Positions 8,438 to 19,391 are shown, counted from the stretch's first letter. The stretch: DNA of 64,000 nucleotides from Trueperaceae bacterium (GCA_965213705.1 OZ243913.1:4000001-4064000), one strand, 5' to 3'. Numbers and translations are program-made. The notes: a model not told the origin generated them from the letters alone.

Positions 8438-11400
8438 TCACCCGCACAGATACAGCACCCGCGTAATCGCCTCCAGCAGCTCGCCCTCTTTCAAGCCCCG
8501 CTTTTTGATGCTGAACCCCGGCGGGTAGCGCGTCGGTTCGACGTTGTAGGGCAGTTCGCGCAACGTGCGCGCGTCGTAGTCGACGCTTTCACTCTCGAAA
8601 CTGAGTTGCACGTCGGTCATGTGTTCTTTGATGGTGGCGACGTCTTTTTCAAGAGCTAAGAGCCGAATCTTGACGAGGTCGACGAAGGTTTTCACCTCGG
8701 CGGGCAGCGGGCCATAAGCCTCGCGCATCTCTTTGGCGATGCGCCCGACCTCGGCCAAGCTACTCGTCTCAGACAAACGCCCGTAGTAGCCGATGCGCGC
8801 GGTGTCGTCGGCGATGTAGCTCGGACTGAGGCGCGCGTCGACGCCCAAGTCGATGCCGACGCTTTTACGCTCCTCGGCCCGTTTTTCGCCCTTGAGCTTG
8901 GCGATTTCCTCGGCGAGCATTTCGGTGTAGACTTCCAGCGACACCGCGCTGATTTGCCCGTGCTGCTCCGGCCCGAGCAGGTTGCCGACGCCGCGAATCT
9001 CCATGTCTTTTTCGGCCAACAGGTGGCCGCTGCCGAGGTCGTTGAGTTCGGCGATCGCGTACAGCCGCCGCTGCGCCTGGTCGGTGAGGCGGCCCGGATA
9101 GAGCAGGTAGGCCCACGCCTCGGTCTGGCGGCGACCGACCCGGCCGCGAAGTTGGTACAACTGCGCCAGCCCCAGCCGGTCGGCCCGCTCGATAATAAGG
9201 GTGTTCGCGCCCGAAATGTCCAGCCCCGACTCGACGATGGTGGTGCTGAGCAACACGTCGTAAGCGCCCTCTTGAAAACCGAGCATGATTTCTTCCAGCT
9301 CGTCCGCGCCCATCTGCCCGTGCGCGACGCCGATGCGCGCTTCGGGCACGAGCTGTTGGAGGGTTTTGGCGCGCATCCCCATCGAACCGATACGGTCGTG
9401 GATGTAGAAGATTTTGCCGCCGCGCTCCAACTCAAACATCATCGCCTCGCGCGCGGTCAAGGGGTCGTAGGGTTGCAGCACGGTTTGGATGGGCTTGCGA
9501 CCCGCGGGCGGCGTCATGATTTGCGACACGTCGCGCAGACCGACCAGGCTCATGTACAACGTGCGCGGAATCGGCGTGGCCGACAACGAGAGCACGTCCA
9601 GGTTGGCCTGCAGCGCCTTCATCTTCTCTTTTTGCCCGACGCCGAAGCGGTGCTCCTCGTCGATGATGAGCAACCCTAAGTCTTTAAAGCTGATGCTTTC
9701 GTTCAGCAAGCGGTGGGTGCCGACGGCGATGTCGACGGTGCCGTTTTTGAGGCCTTTGACGACCGCTCGAGCTTCCTTGTCGCTCGAGAACCGCGACAGC
9801 ATCTCGACCCGCACCGGCAGCCCCTTGAACCGCTCCTCGAACGTTTCGAAGTGCTGTTTGGCAAGTACCGTCGTCGGCACGAGCATCACGGTTTGTTTGC
9901 CGTTCCCGACCGCCCGGTGCGCCGCGCGAATCGCCACCTCGGTCTTGCCGAAACCCACGTCGCCGCTGATGAGGCGGTCCATCGGCACTTCTTTCGCCAT
10001 GTCGTTTAGGGTGGCGTCGACAGCTCGAGCCTGGTCGGGCGTGAGGGTGAACGGGCAATTCTTCTCGATAAGCTCGTCCCAGTCGGGCACCGGCCCGAGC
10101 GCCACACCCTTGGTGACCTGGCGCTTGGCGTAGGTTTTGATGAGCCGCATCGCCAGCTCTTGCGCGCTGACCCGCGCCTTTTCCTTCGCCCGCGCCCACT
10201 CGTTGGTGCCGAGGGTGGACAAGCGCGGTGGGTCGTCGGTGGTGCCGGGGTGGCGGCGCAGCAGCGGCAACTGCTCGACCGGCAGGTAAAGCTTGCCCTC
10301 GCCCGCGTAGCGCAGCATGAGGTAGTCGCGGGTGACGCCCAACACCTGCCGCGGCTCGAGCCCCGTAAATAGCCCGATGCCGTGGTCGGGGTGGATGAGG
10401 TAATCGCCGACCGTGAGCTGCACCGCGTCGTGGACGCTTTTGCCGGGCAAACGCTTGAGCTTGCGCGCGCCCTGGTTGCCGTACAAGAGGTCTTCGGTAA
10501 TTAAGACCTCTTTGGCTTCCGGGTCGCGGTAGCCGCCGCGCGTGTTCGGCGCGATGACGAGGCTGAGCGAGCCTGGATGAGACCGCACCGTGTTGTGCCA
10601 GTGGGTTTCAACGTCGTCGATAATTTTCTCGCGCAGGTAGCGCCCGGTGCGTTCAAACTTTAGCAGCAGCGTGACGCTGTAGCCGTCCTTGAGCCAGGTG
10701 CCGACGTCGTTGCGAAATTCGGACAGTTTGCCGCGGTAGTAGCCGAGCGATTCTTGCGAGGTCTCGCCCTCTTCAAGCCCAAGCGCGTCCCGCCCGAAGG
10801 ACACGACCTCACGGCCGGCCAGGTACGACCACAGCCACTCGATTCGCTCGTCGCCCAAATCGCCCGCGAACAGTTCCGAGCCGTCTAAAAAGAGCGTACC
10901 CGGTAGATGCTCTAAAAGCTTCGAGTCCCAGGCTTCCTCGCTTAGTTCGGCCTCAGGACGGGGCGCGAGCAAAAAGTTTTTCACCTCGTCCTCGCCGCGC
11001 ACCAGCCGGTCCAACTCGTCGCCGAAAAACTCGAGCCGCAGCGTGTCCTCCGGGTCGGCCTCGTCCAAGTAAAGCGTCAGCGTGTCGCCGCGCACGACGA
11101 ACCCCGGCTGCGCGTCGCGCTCGAAACCGTAATTAACAAGCGTCTCGAGCAAACTTTCCCGCGCGTACTCGCGTCCCAACTCCAAAGAGAGGGCGTAGGC
11201 GTCCGGGTTCTTGGGGAAGGGTTTGAGGGCGTCCTCGAGGGACACGACAACTTTTTCGAAGCGTTCGGGCCAGCTTGTCAAACTGGGGTTGACGCTGGCA
11301 GGTGTGTTGAAGGCGCTCGAGTCGCTGTAAAGTTCTAAACGTTCACCCGTCGTGAGGAGCACGGCGGGGCCGTCATGCCGGGCGAACAGCGCCAAGCGAG

Positions 11401-11458
11401 CGACGGCGGGCAGACCTAACAGGCGTTTTGAGCGGGTTTTTTCTTGGGTTTGGGGCAT
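8438..11458 (-). CDS. mfd: Transcription-repair coupling factor Mfd
   Basis: CarD/RID region HPDHGIG, GDVGFGKTEVA, DEEHRFGV, QLRGRVGR, TRG motif DMEIRGVGNLLG. Confidence 0.96.
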   Translation of the reverse strand: MPQTQEKTRSKRLLGLPAVARLALFARHDGPAVLLTTGERLELYSDSSAFNTPASVNPSLTSWPERFEKVVVSLEDALKPFPKNPDAYALSLELGREYARESLLETLVNYGFERDAQPGFVVRGDTLTLYLDEADPEDTLRLEFFGDELDRLVRGEDEVKNFLLAPRPEAELSEEAWDSKLLEHLPGTLFLDGSELFAGDLGDERIEWLWSYLAGREVVSFGRDALGLEEGETSQESLGYYRGKLSEFRNDVGTWLKDGYSVTLLLKFERTGRYLREKIIDDVETHWHNTVRSHPGSLSLVIAPNTRGGYRDPEAKEVLITEDLLYGNQGARKLKRLPGKSVHDAVQLTVGDYLIHPDHGIGLFTGLEPRQVLGVTRDYLMLRYAGEGKLYLPVEQLPLLRRHPGTTDDPPRLSTLGTNEWARAKEKARVSAQELAMRLIKTYAKRQVTKGVALGPVPDWDELIEKNCPFTLTPDQARAVDATLNDMAKEVPMDRLISGDVGFGKTEVAIRAAHRAVGNGKQTVMLVPTTVLAKQHFETFEERFKGLPVRVEMLSRFSSDKEARAVVKGLKNGTVDIAVGTHRLLNESISFKDLGLLIIDEEHRFGVGQKEKMKALQANLDVLSLSATPIPRTLYMSLVGLRDVSQIMTPPAGRKPIQTVLQPYDPLTAREAMMFELERGGKIFYIHDRIGSMGMRAKTLQQLVPEARIGVAHGQMGADELEEIMLGFQEGAYDVLLSTTIVESGLDISGANTLIIERADRLGLAQLYQLRGRVGRRQTEAWAYLLYPGRLTDQAQRRLYAIAELNDLGSGHLLAEKDMEIRGVGNLLGPEQHGQISAVSLEVYTEMLAEEIAKLKGEKRAEERKSVGIDLGVDARLSPSYIADDTARIGYYGRLSETSSLAEVGRIAKEMREAYGPLPAEVKTFVDLVKIRLLALEKDVATIKEHMTDVQLSFESESVDYDARTLRELPYNVEPTRYPPGFSIKKRGLKEGELLEAITRVLYLCG

Positions 11459-11609
11459 TCATAACCGTTTCTGTGAGGGCTTGAAAAGACCGTTTATGAT
11501 ACCGCCTGCGCCACCTTTTTCCTTGCCCGTGTCTTACAGTTCGGGTGAGTGGTCGGGGTTTAGAAAGCGACGTGGCGAAGCCGAATAGAAAACAATTCAA
11601 GCTGGTAGA

Positions 11610-12422
11610 GTGGTTCTCGTGAACGAGCCGCAACGACAGCCCGATGATGGCCCCTGGCTACAGCTTCGGGGTGGAAACGTGAACACGGTCGCTCGCAAAG
11701 GTGACGTCGTGCGCCGCCGCACCGGTCCCGCCAGCCCGGCCGTTCACCAACTCCTCGCCTGGTTGCACGCCCAAAACTTTCACCGGGTTCCCGAACTTAC
11801 CCACCTGACCGAAACCCACGAGTTTTTGACCTACCTGCCGGGTCAAGCCGTTTTCAGGCCGTGGCCGGAAGAGGTCAAAACGGATACTTGGATGGCGCAG
11901 CTCGGCGACTGGTTGAAGCGGTATCACCACGCGGTCAAAGACTTTCGGGTTCGCGGCGGGGCCGGCTTCTTGTGGGGACCCACCGACCCCGAGGCGGGGA
12001 TGGTCGTTTGTCACGGTGATTTAGGACCGTGGAACTGCATTCGGCAGGACACCGAACTCGTCGGGGTCATCGACTGGGACCTCGCGCGGTACGGCGTCCC
12101 GTTGGACGACCTCGCCGAACTCGCGCTCGAGGCCGTTCCTTTGCGGCCGAACGTCGAGAGCACGGTGGGACCGGACACAGCCAAAACCGACCTGTTGCGG
12201 CGGCTGAAAACTTTGTGTGAAGCCTACGGTGCGGCGACGCCGGACGAGGTGCTGAACCACGTTCCGGACTACCTGACGAAAATTATCCGGGACATAGAAA
12301 CACAAGCAGAGCGCGGCGTCGAACCGTTTGTGTCTTTCAGGGCGGGAGGTATCTTGGCAGAACTCGAGAAGGACAAAACTTTCGTGCTGACGGAGTGGGG
12401 AGTTGACGGCTCCTGGACCTGA
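11610..12422 (+). CDS. Aminoglycoside phosphotransferase-like kinase
   Basis: LRGGNVN, VCHGDLGPWN, VIDWD. Confidence 0.85.
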   Translation: MVLVNEPQRQPDDGPWLQLRGGNVNTVARKGDVVRRRTGPASPAVHQLLAWLHAQNFHRVPELTHLTETHEFLTYLPGQAVFRPWPEEVKTDTWMAQLGDWLKRYHHAVKDFRVRGGAGFLWGPTDPEAGMVVCHGDLGPWNCIRQDTELVGVIDWDLARYGVPLDDLAELALEAVPLRPNVESTVGPDTAKTDLLRRLKTLCEAYGAATPDEVLNHVPDYLTKIIRDIETQAERGVEPFVSFRAGGILAELEKDKTFVLTEWGVDGSWT

Positions 12423-12664
12423 GCCGCGCGGCAGGCGCGTCTGAAACCTCATCCAAGTGGCGTACAAGGGTTGCTCGAGGACACACGTCGCCAAATCCCC
12501 AAGCTGAGTTCTCTGAGCGGCGTTTCGCGCGCAGCCACCGCCGTCAACGTTGGGCGCGGCTCGAGTACCACACAGAAGATGCTTTCGACTTGTACGAAGA
12601 CCCGGCAGCCCTCATGTGAAATGGCTAACGAGTAAACCTTGTACCTCTCCTTTAAGGTAGACAC

Positions 12665-14059
12665 ATGACGAGCGCACCCGAAGTGGCGCACCCTTCCACC
12701 CTCGGCAGCGACACCCCAACTTTCGGACCCGAGCAAGCTTACGACGACATCGTTCTTTTGGCGGCGCAGCTTTGCCGCACGCCCATCGCCGCCGTCAGTT
12801 TTTTGGACGGCGAGCGCCAGTGGTTCAAGGCCGAAACAGGCCTGGGGCTGACAGACATCCCGCACGACGGCTCCTTTTGCTTTTACACGCTTGCCGAGCG
12901 GGCTTGTCTGGTCGTCCCCGACGCGCAGCGCGACGCGCGCTTTAAGGAACATCCGCTCGTCGTCGGCGAGCCGCAACTGCGGTTTTACGCGGGCGTGCCC
13001 TTGCTGACCCCCGCGGGCGCGGCCCTGGGGACGCTGTGCGTGCTCGACCGGACGCCCCGCGAGTTGGGCGCGGGGCAACAAGAAGCCTTGCAGGCCCTGG
13101 CGCGGCAAGTAATGCGGCAGCTCGAGCTGCGCCGTACGGCCGCGCGGCTAGAAGAGAGCGAGCAGCGTTTTACGGCGCTCATGGACAACAGCCCCGTCGT
13201 CACCTTTATCAAAGACGAGGCGGGGCGCATGGTTTACGCGAACAAACCGTTCGAGCGCCGTTTTCAACTTGGGCGGCGGCAGTGGCAGCACAAAAACGAC
13301 TTCGAGCTGTGGCCGGGCGAGGTAGCCCGCGCCCTGCGCGAGCACGACCTGAGCGTGCTCCAGGGTGAGGAAACGGTCGAACTGCTCGAGAGCGTGCCCA
13401 CGCCGGACGGTTCCTTGCAGCACTGGCGGGTTTACAAGTTCCCGCTGCACTTGGGCGGCCGCAAGTTCGTCGCGGGCACGGCCCTGGACGTGACCGAGAT
13501 GAAGCGCTACGAGGAGCAACTAGAAGCGTACGGTGAAAAGCTCGAGGCGGACAACTTGCACCTAAACCGCTTAGGCAGGACCGACAGCCTCACCGGTCTC
13601 AAAAACCGCCGCGCCTTCGACGAGGCCCTGGCAAAGGCGTTCGAACATGCAAAACGTCACGGCGAGCCCTTGTCTTTGCTGCTTCTCGACGTGGACCATT
13701 TCAAAGAGTACAACGACACCTTCGGCCATCCCGCCGGGGACGACGCGCTCCGCCAAGTCGGCCGTCTGTTGAGCGAAACGACGCGAGCCGGGGAACTCAT
13801 CGCGCGCTACGGCGGTGAGGAGTTCGCCGTCGTCCTGCCCAAAACCGACCTGCACAACGCGCTGGCGCTGGCCGAACGGTTTCGGCGCGCGGTCGAGGCG
13901 TCAAGTTGGCCGCGGCGCGACGTGACCGTCAGCGTCGGGGCGGCTACCCTGACGCTCACCATGCCGGACCCGGCGGCCCTCGTCACGGCGGCCGACAAGG
14001 CGCTTTACCGTGCCAAGGCGCGGGGGCGCAACCGCGTTTTGGCGTTCGCCCAAGCTTGA
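12665..14059 (+). CDS. GAF-PAS-GGDEF diguanylate cyclase
   Basis: GAF (RFYAGVPL..GTLCV), PAS, DSLTGLKNRR, DVDHFKEYND, RYGGEEF. Confidence 0.93.
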   Translation: MTSAPEVAHPSTLGSDTPTFGPEQAYDDIVLLAAQLCRTPIAAVSFLDGERQWFKAETGLGLTDIPHDGSFCFYTLAERACLVVPDAQRDARFKEHPLVVGEPQLRFYAGVPLLTPAGAALGTLCVLDRTPRELGAGQQEALQALARQVMRQLELRRTAARLEESEQRFTALMDNSPVVTFIKDEAGRMVYANKPFERRFQLGRRQWQHKNDFELWPGEVARALREHDLSVLQGEETVELLESVPTPDGSLQHWRVYKFPLHLGGRKFVAGTALDVTEMKRYEEQLEAYGEKLEADNLHLNRLGRTDSLTGLKNRRAFDEALAKAFEHAKRHGEPLSLLLLDVDHFKEYNDTFGHPAGDDALRQVGRLLSETTRAGELIARYGGEEFAVVLPKTDLHNALALAERFRRAVEASSWPRRDVTVSVGAATLTLTMPDPAALVTAADKALYRAKARGRNRVLAFAQA

Positions 14060-14112
14060 GGCCGGCTCCGGCACCGCGCCACGCGACCTCGTTTTGAACT
14101 GGCCCGGTCTTG

Positions 14113-14922
14113 TTACGAACCCGCGGCGCGCAGGGCAAGTTCGTAAGCGACGTTTCGCGGCGCGCCGACCGCTACCAACGCTCGGCGCAGCTCGAGCCCG
14201 GTCAACCCTTCGGCGGCAAACTTCCTAGCCTGCGCCGCGAAGTCGCTTTCTTCAACTTGCTCGGCGGGCGCGACGACGATGACGATTTCGCCCTTGACCT
14301 CACCTTGCGAAAGCTCTTCTACAAGTTCGGCGAGCGTGCCGCGGTAAACAGTCTCGAAGCGTTTGCTCAGCTCGCGGCTGACGCTGGCGTTTCTCGTCTC
14401 GCCGCAAACCTCGCTCAGGTCCTTCAGCGTGGCGACGAGGCGCTGCGGAGACTCGTAAAGGAGGCTGGTGGCGTCGCTCTGAGCGACGGTCGCAAGCCTG
14501 GCTTTACGCGCCGCACCTTTGCGGGGCAAGAAACCCTCAAAAGTAAACCGGGCCGTGTTCAGGCCCGAAAGCACGAGTGCCGGAACGAAGGCCGTCGGGC
14601 CGGGCAACACCTCGACGCTGTCGCCGCGTTTCAGGGCCAGTTGCACGAGTTCCGCGCCGGGGTCGCTGATGCCCGGCGTGCCCGCGTCGGTGACGAAAGC
14701 GACGTGGTCGTGGGCAGCCAAAACGCCTGCGCCGCGCTCGAGAATAGTGTGGGCGTCTAAACGCACCAAAGGCTTGTCGATGTCGTAGTGGGTCAACAAC
14801 TTGCGGCTGTGGCGGGTGTCTTCGGCGGCGACGACGTCGGCGGCGCGCAAAACGGTGAGCGCGCGCAGGGTGACGTCGGCCAAGTTGCCGATAGGCGTCG
14901 GTACCAACGTAAGCTTTGCCAC
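14113..14922 (-). CDS. rsmI: 16S rRNA C1402 2'-O-methyltransferase
   Basis: VPTPIGNLAD, AAEDTR, TDAGTPGISDPG, FEGFLP, YESP, RELSKRFE. Confidence 0.96.
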   Translation of the reverse strand: MAKLTLVPTPIGNLADVTLRALTVLRAADVVAAEDTRHSRKLLTHYDIDKPLVRLDAHTILERGAGVLAAHDHVAFVTDAGTPGISDPGAELVQLALKRGDSVEVLPGPTAFVPALVLSGLNTARFTFEGFLPRKGAARKARLATVAQSDATSLLYESPQRLVATLKDLSEVCGETRNASVSRELSKRFETVYRGTLAELVEELSQGEVKGEIVIVVAPAEQVEESDFAAQARKFAAEGLTGLELRRALVAVGAPRNVAYELALRAAGS

Positions 14923-14928
14923 GCCGGT

Positions 14929-15120
14929 TTAAACGGGTGCGCCCAGCGCGACCCGCGGGCGGCTGCGGCGGCGACGGTTGCGGCGCAAGGCCGAGCGCAA
15001 CGTCGCGCGCACGTACTCGGCCTCACCGATGGTGACGGTCACCGTTGCCCCTTCGGGCAGCTGGACACCCTCGGCCAGCACGACTTTGCCGTCTTTGACA
15101 AGCCCTTTATAAGCTCGCAC
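14929..15120 (-). CDS. Small DUF104/AF2212-like protein
   Basis: MRAYKGLVKDGKVVLAEGVQLPEGATVTV; in operon with rsmI. Confidence 0.7.
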   Translation of the reverse strand: MRAYKGLVKDGKVVLAEGVQLPEGATVTVTIGEAEYVRATLRSALRRNRRRRSRPRVALGAPV

Positions 15121-15532
15121 GACTTTCCTCCCCGTTACCGTTAGCCAGTTTCAAGATCATCTCGTCTACTTCCTGGGTCGTTTGGCCTTGGCGCACCAGC
15201 ACGGCGCGGTAGGCTTCGTACATCTTCAGGGCGGCGTCCTGGTGACCTTCGCGGACGAGGCGCTCACCCTGAAAAACGCCGTCGTGGAAAAAAAAGTCCG
15301 GCACGAAAGTTTCCTGGGGCAAAACACCCGGCCGCGCGTCCTCGAGCCCAGTTTCGTCTTGGTCGCGCAAACGCCAGCGCAACCACGCGAACGCGACCAG
15401 AAAAATACCGAGTGCCACGCTCAACGCAACCGCGTAGCTGCGCGGAATGCCGACGTTTTCACCCAGGCGAGCTAAAAAGGGCAGCGCAAAGGCGAGCGCG
15501 GCTAGAAGCGTCAAAAGACTCGCGTAGCTCAC
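15107..15532 (-). CDS. Hypothetical membrane protein
   Basis: Two N-terminal hydrophobic segments; overlaps the next gene. Confidence 0.7.
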   Translation of the reverse strand: MSYASLLTLLAALAFALPFLARLGENVGIPRSYAVALSVALGIFLVAFAWLRWRLRDQDETGLEDARPGVLPQETFVPDFFFHDGVFQGERLVREGHQDAALKMYEAYRAVLVRQGQTTQEVDEMILKLANGNGEESRASL

Positions 15533-15831
15533 TTTGTCACCCGCTTCATCCCGTTCAACACCTCTGCGTTCAGCACCTTTTTTCAGCTTACGACTTTGCT
15601 CTGTTCTTTTGGTCTGTTCTTGCGGACCCGCTCTTTTCGACCTAAATTTTTTCCGTTTTTGCCCGCTGTAGTAAATTACCGTTTGCGAACCCTCGAGCCT
15701 CCCGGCTTCACCCCGCTAGCGTAGCAGCAAACACGGGTTGGTGGGTAGATGCACGACGGTCGGGCGAATCCTGCTCGCTCCGACAGTCCAAGCCGCCCCG
15801 CCGCCGTAGAGTAAGTGTAAGGAGGCGTACT

Positions 15832-16680
15832 ATGAAAACGGTACAAAACCAGAGTGACACGTCCGGGTTGGGCAACTCAACAGTTCACCGCCTCGGTTAC
15901 GGCGCGATGCGGCTGACCGGCGAGGGCGTTTGGGGGCCGCCCAAAGACCGTGCCGGAGCCAAAAAAGTCCTTCACCGCGCCTTAGACCTGGGCGTCGACT
16001 TTATCGACACCGCCGACGCCTACGGCCCCGACGTAAACGAGGAGCTTATCGCCGAGGCGCTGTACCCTTACCCCGAAGGGCTCGTCATCGCGACCAAGGG
16101 CGGCCTGACGCGCTCCGGCCCCAACGAGTGGCACCCGAACGGGCGGCCCGACCACCTGCGCAAAGCCTTGGAAGGCAGTTTGAAATGCCTTAAAGTCGAC
16201 ACCGTCGACCTCTACCAGTTCCACCGCCCCGACCCCGACGTGCCGTTCGAAGACTCGGTCGGCACGCTTCATGAGATGCAAAAAGAGGGCAAGGTCAGAC
16301 ACGTCGGGCTGTCGAACGTGTCGGTCGAGCAGTTGGACAAGGCGAGGAACCTGTTGGAAGTCGTCTCGGTGCAAAACCGCTACAACCTCACCGACCGCGC
16401 TTCGGAAGCTGTTTTACAAGCCTGCGAGAAGTACGGTATCGGTTTTATCCCCTGGTACCCCATCGCCACGGGCGACCTGCCTGCGGACGACCTCGAGAAA
16501 ATAACGAGCGCCCACGACGCCACGCCCGCGCAAGTCGCCTTGGCCTGGCTGCTGCACAAGTCCCCGGTGATGCTGCCGATTCCCGGCACCTCGAGCCTGG
16601 CACACCTAGAAGAAAACGTCGCCGCCTCGGCCCTGCAACTGAGCGACGAAGAAATGCAAAGGCTCGGCGACATGAACTAA
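15832..16680 (+). CDS. Aldo/keto reductase
   Basis: LGYGAMRL, IDTADAYG, DLYQFHRPD, GLSNV, SVQNRYN, PIPGT. Confidence 0.95.
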   Translation: MKTVQNQSDTSGLGNSTVHRLGYGAMRLTGEGVWGPPKDRAGAKKVLHRALDLGVDFIDTADAYGPDVNEELIAEALYPYPEGLVIATKGGLTRSGPNEWHPNGRPDHLRKALEGSLKCLKVDTVDLYQFHRPDPDVPFEDSVGTLHEMQKEGKVRHVGLSNVSVEQLDKARNLLEVVSVQNRYNLTDRASEAVLQACEKYGIGFIPWYPIATGDLPADDLEKITSAHDATPAQVALAWLLHKSPVMLPIPGTSSLAHLEENVAASALQLSDEEMQRLGDMN

Positions 16681-16737
16681 GGCGGCATGAACTAAAAAGG
16701 GCAACCCGCCAAGGCTGCCCCGAATTCAACTTTTTCG

Positions 16738-17238
16738 CTACCGCGTCTTGACATCGACCTCTTCTTTTTGGTCTGGGCGGTCACCCTCAACGAAGTTTTT
16801 TATGGACTCCAGGGACTTGACCAAGCCCTCACGAATGTCGTCCTTGCTCGGGCCGCGGTCGGGCGCGTCCTCGTTTTGTTCGGGCTGCTTGTCCGCGGGC
16901 GGGCGGCCCTTGAAAGTCAGGTGGACGGTTACTTCGGAGGTGTCGCCCTGCCCCTCTACTTCCAACCAACCCGAATAGTAGTGTTCGTCCGCGCCCCACT
17001 CGAGCCGGTGGGCCGATTCGTCTTTACGAAAATAACCATCCGAGTCGTACTCGTGCCCCTCGACCTCGCCCTGGACCCGCACGCGCTCGCCCTGTTGCGG
17101 CTCGGCGCTCTCGGTGGTGGGCAGGTACTTGGGTAGGTTCCGTACGTCCGAAACGAAGTCGTAAACCCGCTCCGCCGCAGCCTCGACCGTCGTGCTCTCC
17201 TCAAATTCCTGTGTGCCGCCTTGCGTTACGTCACTCAC
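16738..17238 (-). CDS. SRPBCC (polyketide cyclase-like) family protein
   Basis: VYDFVSDVRNLPKYLP...RLEWGA...SLESIK. Confidence 0.85.
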   Translation of the reverse strand: MSDVTQGGTQEFEESTTVEAAAERVYDFVSDVRNLPKYLPTTESAEPQQGERVRVQGEVEGHEYDSDGYFRKDESAHRLEWGADEHYYSGWLEVEGQGDTSEVTVHLTFKGRPPADKQPEQNEDAPDRGPSKDDIREGLVKSLESIKNFVEGDRPDQKEEVDVKTR

Positions 17239-17374
17239 GCTGCTCCCCTTTCAAGTTTGTTTGACCTGCAGCATAAGGCCGGGGGGCGGGAAGGTTGGGG
17301 CGGGTTGCCACAATTGTTTGATTTAGAGATGTATTCATACAAAAGGGGCGAGCAGGTAACCAGTTCCCGCTCGC

Positions 17375-17705
17375 CCGCTCGAGCGATAAGCCGCCGTTCG
17401 CCCCACACCTCGCCGTGCAGCACGGCCCGAACAGCCCACACGACGTTCTTGTCGCCGGGCCGCAAGTAGCCTTTGTAACCGGTGCGCAAAAACTGCACCA
17501 GGTCCCGGTCACGCCCCGACACAAAAGCCACCGTCGGGTAGGGCGGGGGCGGCGGGTAGGGTGCAAATTAGGCGTGCAGGTCTCTCAGCACAATTTCGGG
17601 TGAAGGCGCGAGCGTAAAACTCGGCGTGAAGCCCTTACGGCACAACAGCGTCTCTAAGTAGTCCTACATCATAACGTTGGACGTGTCGATAAAAACGGTT
17701 GCCAT
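17375..17705 (-). pseudogene. Degenerate NarL/LuxR-type response regulator pseudogene
   Basis: MATVFIDTSNVMM*DYLETLL...IVLRDLHA*... then a frameshift into ...GYKGYLRPGDKNVVWAVRAVLHGEVWGERRLIARA; HTH part missing. Confidence 0.6.
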
Positions 17706-18074
17706 GAAAGACTTCCCTCGAGAAAACGGTTTGGGCGCAAAAAAACGGGGCAGTTCGATGTTTTGTACACGTCATCTAAACTTTTGGATGTCTGCAAAAT
17801 TCACAAAGCGTACAAAGCCAGGTTTTCTCAAGACACCCGCGAGACTCGTTAGGGCGCGTTTGAGAAGACGACCCCTGCTTTTACCGACAAAAATGTACCG
17901 TCGAAGTAGGTACAGCACGTGAACCTGGTTCGTTCGGCTCAAATCGAACGAACCTCACGCTCGCTGTTTCGTTGGTTATTACGTTTCAAAAATCCTGAAG
18001 TGCGAGGCCGACGTGTTAGATTTCTTACGCCGACAGCGTGAAAGTAGCCTGTCTTACCGTGTTAGCATCGGGCC

Positions 18075-19391
18075 ATGACGTTCGGCCTGCCGCCCGCCAC
18101 CGATGAGCGCAGTTTGAACGCTCGCTACTTGACGCTCGCAGGCTTGCAAGAATTTGCCGCTCTTTTTCCGCTGGCCGTGCTCGTCGTTCACATGACCGAG
18201 CGCGGTTTGGGTTTGGGCGTGGTGGGCCTCGCTTTCGCCGTGCGTTCAGTTATCGTGGTCATCCTGGAAGTTCCGACCGGCGGTCTGGCCGACGCCGTCG
18301 GCCGCAGACCCGTCGCTTTGGTATCTCAAGCTTTTACGCTGGCCTCGATGGTCGCGCTGCTGCTGGTGACGAACACCTTTACGGCGTTAGTCTTTGCGGT
18401 GCTGCAGGGCGTCGGGGCGGCGCTGAACAGCGGCTCGCTCGAGGCCTGGTACGTCGACACCCTGAAACGGCTTGCGCCCGGCGCAGACCTGCAAAAAAAC
18501 TTGGCCCGTGTCGAGGCGGTCGGCGCGGTCGCGCTGTTGGGCTCGGGCATCGGCGGAGTTTTGCCCACCTTGGTCGCGGGCTGGAACCTGCCTTGGCCGC
18601 TCTCGGCTTTCGGAATCAGCTTGTTCGTAAGTATTTTGTTGAGGTTTGTCGTGTTCGCCCTCACCGCCCTGCTCGTCGAAGAGCCCGACTACAAAGAGCG
18701 CGCGAACATAGCGGGTTTTAGGGCCGTGCCGGGTATCTTGAAAGACGCCGCGCACCTGGCGCGCAGTCTGCCCGTCGTGCCTTACCTCCTCGTGGCGATG
18801 GTCGTCAACGGCGTGGCGATGATCAGCTTGGAGACTTTTTGGCAACCCATCGTCGCCACGGCAACCGGCGCGTCGGCCGAAAACAGCGGTATTTTCGGGC
18901 TGTTGGGTGTGGTGACCGGCGTCGCGTTTTTGGGCGGCAGCTTTGTGGTGATGCAGGGGGCGGGCTCGAGGTTTGTCGGCGGCAAGGCCGGCTTGGCCGG
19001 TTTGAGCCAACTTCTCAAGGGCTTGGCTATCGTTTTGCTCGCGGTCGGCTTGTCCGGGCCGGCTTTGGGCACCGGCCTCGGTATAGCTTACTTCGCCATC
19101 GCCTCCAACAACATTCCTCACGCCACGCTGTTCAACGAAGCGGTGCCCAGCGACCGGCGCTCGGTGATGCTCAGCCTCAATTCGCTGGCCCTGTTTCTGG
19201 GTTTGGCGCTGGGGTCGGGTTTGCTCGGTGGGCTCGCCGCGCTGACCGGGCCCCGCTTGGCCCTGTTGGCGGGGGGGCTGTTTACGGGCTTGGCAAGTTT
19301 AGTCTATCTGGGCGTCGCCAGGGCGCAACGCCGCCAACCCGGCGCGCTGACGCCCGACCCGGTTGTCGAAGCGACCAGTTCCCAGGTCTAA
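18075..19391 (+). CDS. MFS transporter
   Basis: EVPTGGLADAVGRR motif A; about 12 hydrophobic helices. Confidence 0.92.
   Translation: MTFGLPPATDERSLNARYLTLAGLQEFAALFPLAVLVVHMTERGLGLGVVGLAFAVRSVIVVILEVPTGGLADAVGRRPVALVSQAFTLASMVALLLVTNTFTALVFAVLQGVGAALNSGSLEAWYVDTLKRLAPGADLQKNLARVEAVGAVALLGSGIGGVLPTLVAGWNLPWPLSAFGISLFVSILLRFVVFALTALLVEEPDYKERANIAGFRAVPGILKDAAHLARSLPVVPYLLVAMVVNGVAMISLETFWQPIVATATGASAENSGIFGLLGVVTGVAFLGGSFVVMQGAGSRFVGGKAGLAGLSQLLKGLAIVLLAVGLSGPALGTGLGIAYFAIASNNIPHATLFNEAVPSDRRSVMLSLNSLALFLGLALGSGLLGGLAALTGPRLALLAGGLFTGLASLVYLGVARAQRRQPGALTPDPVVEATSSQV

Noticed and set aside
8438..11458. Short Mfd (1006 aa) as a truncation
   Set aside because: All core motifs are present, and a reduced N-terminal region is normal in this phylum
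15540..15830. Possible ncRNA (SRP or 6S) in the divergent intergenic region
   Set aside because: No diagnostic motif found
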